Below, piece by piece: positions 61,000 through 64,000 of a stretch of 64,000 nt of DNA (positions are counted from its first letter, which is position 1; every line of letters begins with the position of its first letter). The notes below the pieces were generated by a model that was not told where the DNA came from, did not search any database, and saw nothing but the letters and a program-made list of their open reading frames with translations. The stretch lies in NCBI RefSeq assembly GCF_006345805.1, contig NC_043013.1, positions 45,384,001 through 45,448,000 of the forward strand. The letters run 5' to 3'. Origin of the DNA: Octopus sinensis. Lineage: Eukaryota. The position numbers were made by a program, and so were the translations under genes.

Positions 61000-63900
61000 G
61001 AGTTTCGGTGCTGCTTTCCAGCAGAAATGTAAGGAAGTAGCTTTCTCATCTTAATTCAAAAAAATTGCCAGTTTCTAAACATTGATGCTCTTAAAATTCA
61101 TGGCTGAATTTTGAAAACCTGAGGATAGTGTATCAGGGCGAAGCGTCTCATCGCGCGGAAGTCACGCATTTTGACTGAGTTACTTGAGTTTTCGAGGCAC
61201 TTCAAAATGGAAGACGATGTCTGAACTCCTCAAACTGCTTCAAACACTGACTAGAAGCAGTGAGGAATGAAAATGCAATTTTTTAAAGCTGCGACCATCA
61301 ATATTTATTTGTAGAATTTTATGGCGTAAAACAGACTGAACAATTTCAGCTCAATCGCCATAAATAGACGAAGTACCGAAAATCTGAATCTTCATAAAAT
61401 CTTCGTTTTGCGACAAAGCACTGAAACAGGATGGATACCGATGTGTAGTTTGTGTTACTGCAACAAGTGTTGCCATTTTCCATCTTGAACTCTTTTTATT
61501 TATTGTAAATTTGTTAGTGACTTTGAATTTGATTAAATACATAACAATGTTACATTATGACATTTTGCCATTGCTTGAAATGAATTGCTCAAATTATGAT
61601 AACCAAAAATATATTGTTGCGTAAGTGAGCTTAACTGTATCATTCCACTAGCCATTGGGCTGTTTGTAAAGGACTAGTGGCTATACTGCATCACCTATAT
61701 CTCAATTAAAAACCTTTATAACCCTGGGATTTTATACGTAAGCGTAGGAGTGGCTGTGTGGTAAGTAGCTTGCTTACGAACCACATGGTTCCGGGTTCAG
61801 TCCCACTGCGTGACACCTTGGGCAAGTGTCTTCTACTATAGTCTCGGGCCGACCAAAGCCTTGTGAGTGGATTTGGTAGACGGAAACTGAAAGAAGCCCG
61901 TCGTATATATGTATATATACGTATATATGTATGTGTGTGTGTATATGTTTGTGTGTCTGTGTTTGTTCCCCCCAACATCGCTTGACAACCGATGCTGGTG
62001 TGTTTACGTCCCCGTCACTTAGCGATTCGGCAAAAGAGACCGATAGAATAAATACTAGGCTTACAAAGAATAAGTCCTGGGGTCGATTTTCTCGGCTAAA
62101 GGCGGTGCTCCAGCATGGCCACTGTCAAATGACTGAAACAAATAAAAGAGTAACTGTAAGTTACAAATGTTGAACATGGTGACAGCATATATCGAAAATT
62201 CCCATACTTTTTTACTAGTTGTAACCCCAGGGCTGCAGCCATGCTGAGGCACCTGTACAGAAGCAGCAACTGCAGTCTGCTTCTGTGTAATATTGTCTTA
62301 CATTCTGGGGTAGTCATATGCACCCAGTCAACTTATACGCCGACCTACAAATTATTAATATTTCGGATGCTGCTTAGCAATAAAGTCAGATGACTTTTAA
62401 AAGAAAACTGCCATAGAGTCTTTTATTTACTTTTCTCAAAGTGTGAATTCTTTCAAGCACTGAATATGTCGCCCCGCGATGAACAAAAAACTATCAATTG
62501 GGAAATTACTGACACATCATAGAATTATTTGTAAAATTCAAATGGTGTGAATCTCACCAAAATCAAAGCAGTTGTCTTCATTTGTTTATCTATGACAGTG
62601 AATTTCAACCATTCTTTTTTTACCTGTGAACACCTTAGATCCCTATTTCACTCTACTGGACCACCATAACCATTTGATGTATATTAAAAAATCCTACTGT
62701 ATTTTTATAATTAAATATTATTAGGAATTGTATAAAAGTAATTAATATATTTTGTGTATTGTAGAAGTATAAGAAATTTATTGCACGTAAATTTGAACAA
62801 CAAAATCTTATATGGACCTCCATGGATTATATTGGACCCCGGTTGCGAACCACTGGTGTTATACATATTAAAACACAACACTAACCATTGCGAACTCTTT
62901 CATTCCTCGGACTTACGAACGAGAAGTGATACAACGGTGTTAGAAGGTAATTGCCATGTAGTGTACTGTTCATACGTAGGCGAACTGTATGAAATATTTG
63001 GACTGGGAGATTTTGATGAATCGTTCTTTGATGCCAATTGCACCTTGAGTAATAAATCTTTTTATAACCATTTTGTATTCAGGAAACCGAATAAAAAAAG
63101 AGAAAAAAAAATTGATCGCGTTGCCAAATGCTACTGAGTTTGAATTCCACCTTCAAAAGCATTGCATGAAGAGACTTCTGGTTGCAGACAGATGTCTCTA
63201 AACTATGTTGTGTGTGAAATAAGGTCAAGATGCTCCTTATTGCTTTTCAGAAATGATATCTAGTCGAAAAGCAGTGAAGTATAATCACCAATCTTCTTTC
63301 CTAACAATGAAAAAATCTCAAAGTAACTGAATATGATGTGAAGCTCTTTCTGCGTGACCTTCAGTCTGTTTTTGAGAATCTGATACACATACATCAAGTG
63401 CAGACATCTCGTTCAAAATTGTAAGAACAATAAATTATTTTCATTAAAAAAAAAACGAAAAACGTTTACTGGACTATGTGATTAAATTCTATTATTTTTT
63501 TCTTTTTCTGAATTAATAACCTTGCCATTTTTAAATAAATAATTAAATAACCTCGCTTTTATCTTTATATTAAGAGTCTGCATTTTGAATTAAAAATAAA
63601 TTATTGATGATTTCTTTTAATCGACCAGATGCGATGATAGTTGGGAGTCGCTAGGAATACGTTATGAAAACCAAGGAAATGGTAAGAGAAAGTTTGAGTA
63701 CCACTCCCCTTAAACAGTTAGTTTCCTCAATCTGTTGATGTTCTTTGTGATTTCTGTCGATGTTTAGCTCTAAGTCAGCTTTGATCGAGCAGAGTTATGG
63801 CGAAAGGTGTTCCAGTCGTGACCATGCTATCTCATATATCTACATACATTCTTCCATGTGTTGTTCTTTTTATGAATGTCAATATTCAAATCGAATGGAT

Positions 63901-64000
63901 TTAGCTGCTATTTTTAGCACGTTAAGCGATCACGAAGAAGCCCCTTATATGTTGAAGGTTTTTGAAGAAGTCAAAATATGAATCAACATTTAGCAGTTAG

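Noticed and set aside
55000-64000. Search for Fanzor/TnpB or other nuclease cargo near the Merlin, pogo and long-TIR elements
   Set aside because: No RuvC or CxxC..RDxNA-type motif was recognised in the ORF track or in the segments I translated by hand. A profile search would be needed to exclude it fully.

Overview
AT-rich, microsatellite-dense eukaryotic DNA. The SINE repertoire and repeat style suggest a coleoid cephalopod, probably Octopus (inference). No intact host gene can be supported. Almost all listed ORFs are microsatellite or SINE artefacts. The window is a layered mosaic of: several tRNA-headed SINE families (about 40 copies); a ~430-bp MITE family with GGATC-starting TIRs and 8-bp TSDs (7 copies); a decayed Merlin/IS1595-like transposase; a near full-length Tc1; pogo/mariner remnants; RTE and CR1/L2-group LINE remnants; a Helitron and a Helentron-like element; and Penelope-like element (PLE) pieces. 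The most striking signal is a dense set of type I hammerhead ribozyme motifs, folded by eye. Four have a CUGANGA/GAAA core (7987, 9101 with its mirror at 8585, 44540, 45022) and about five have variant cores. Most sit inside or at the apex of long inverted repeats next to (TA)n tracts. One forms the apex of a ~165-bp hairpin that is itself the ribozyme's stem I.
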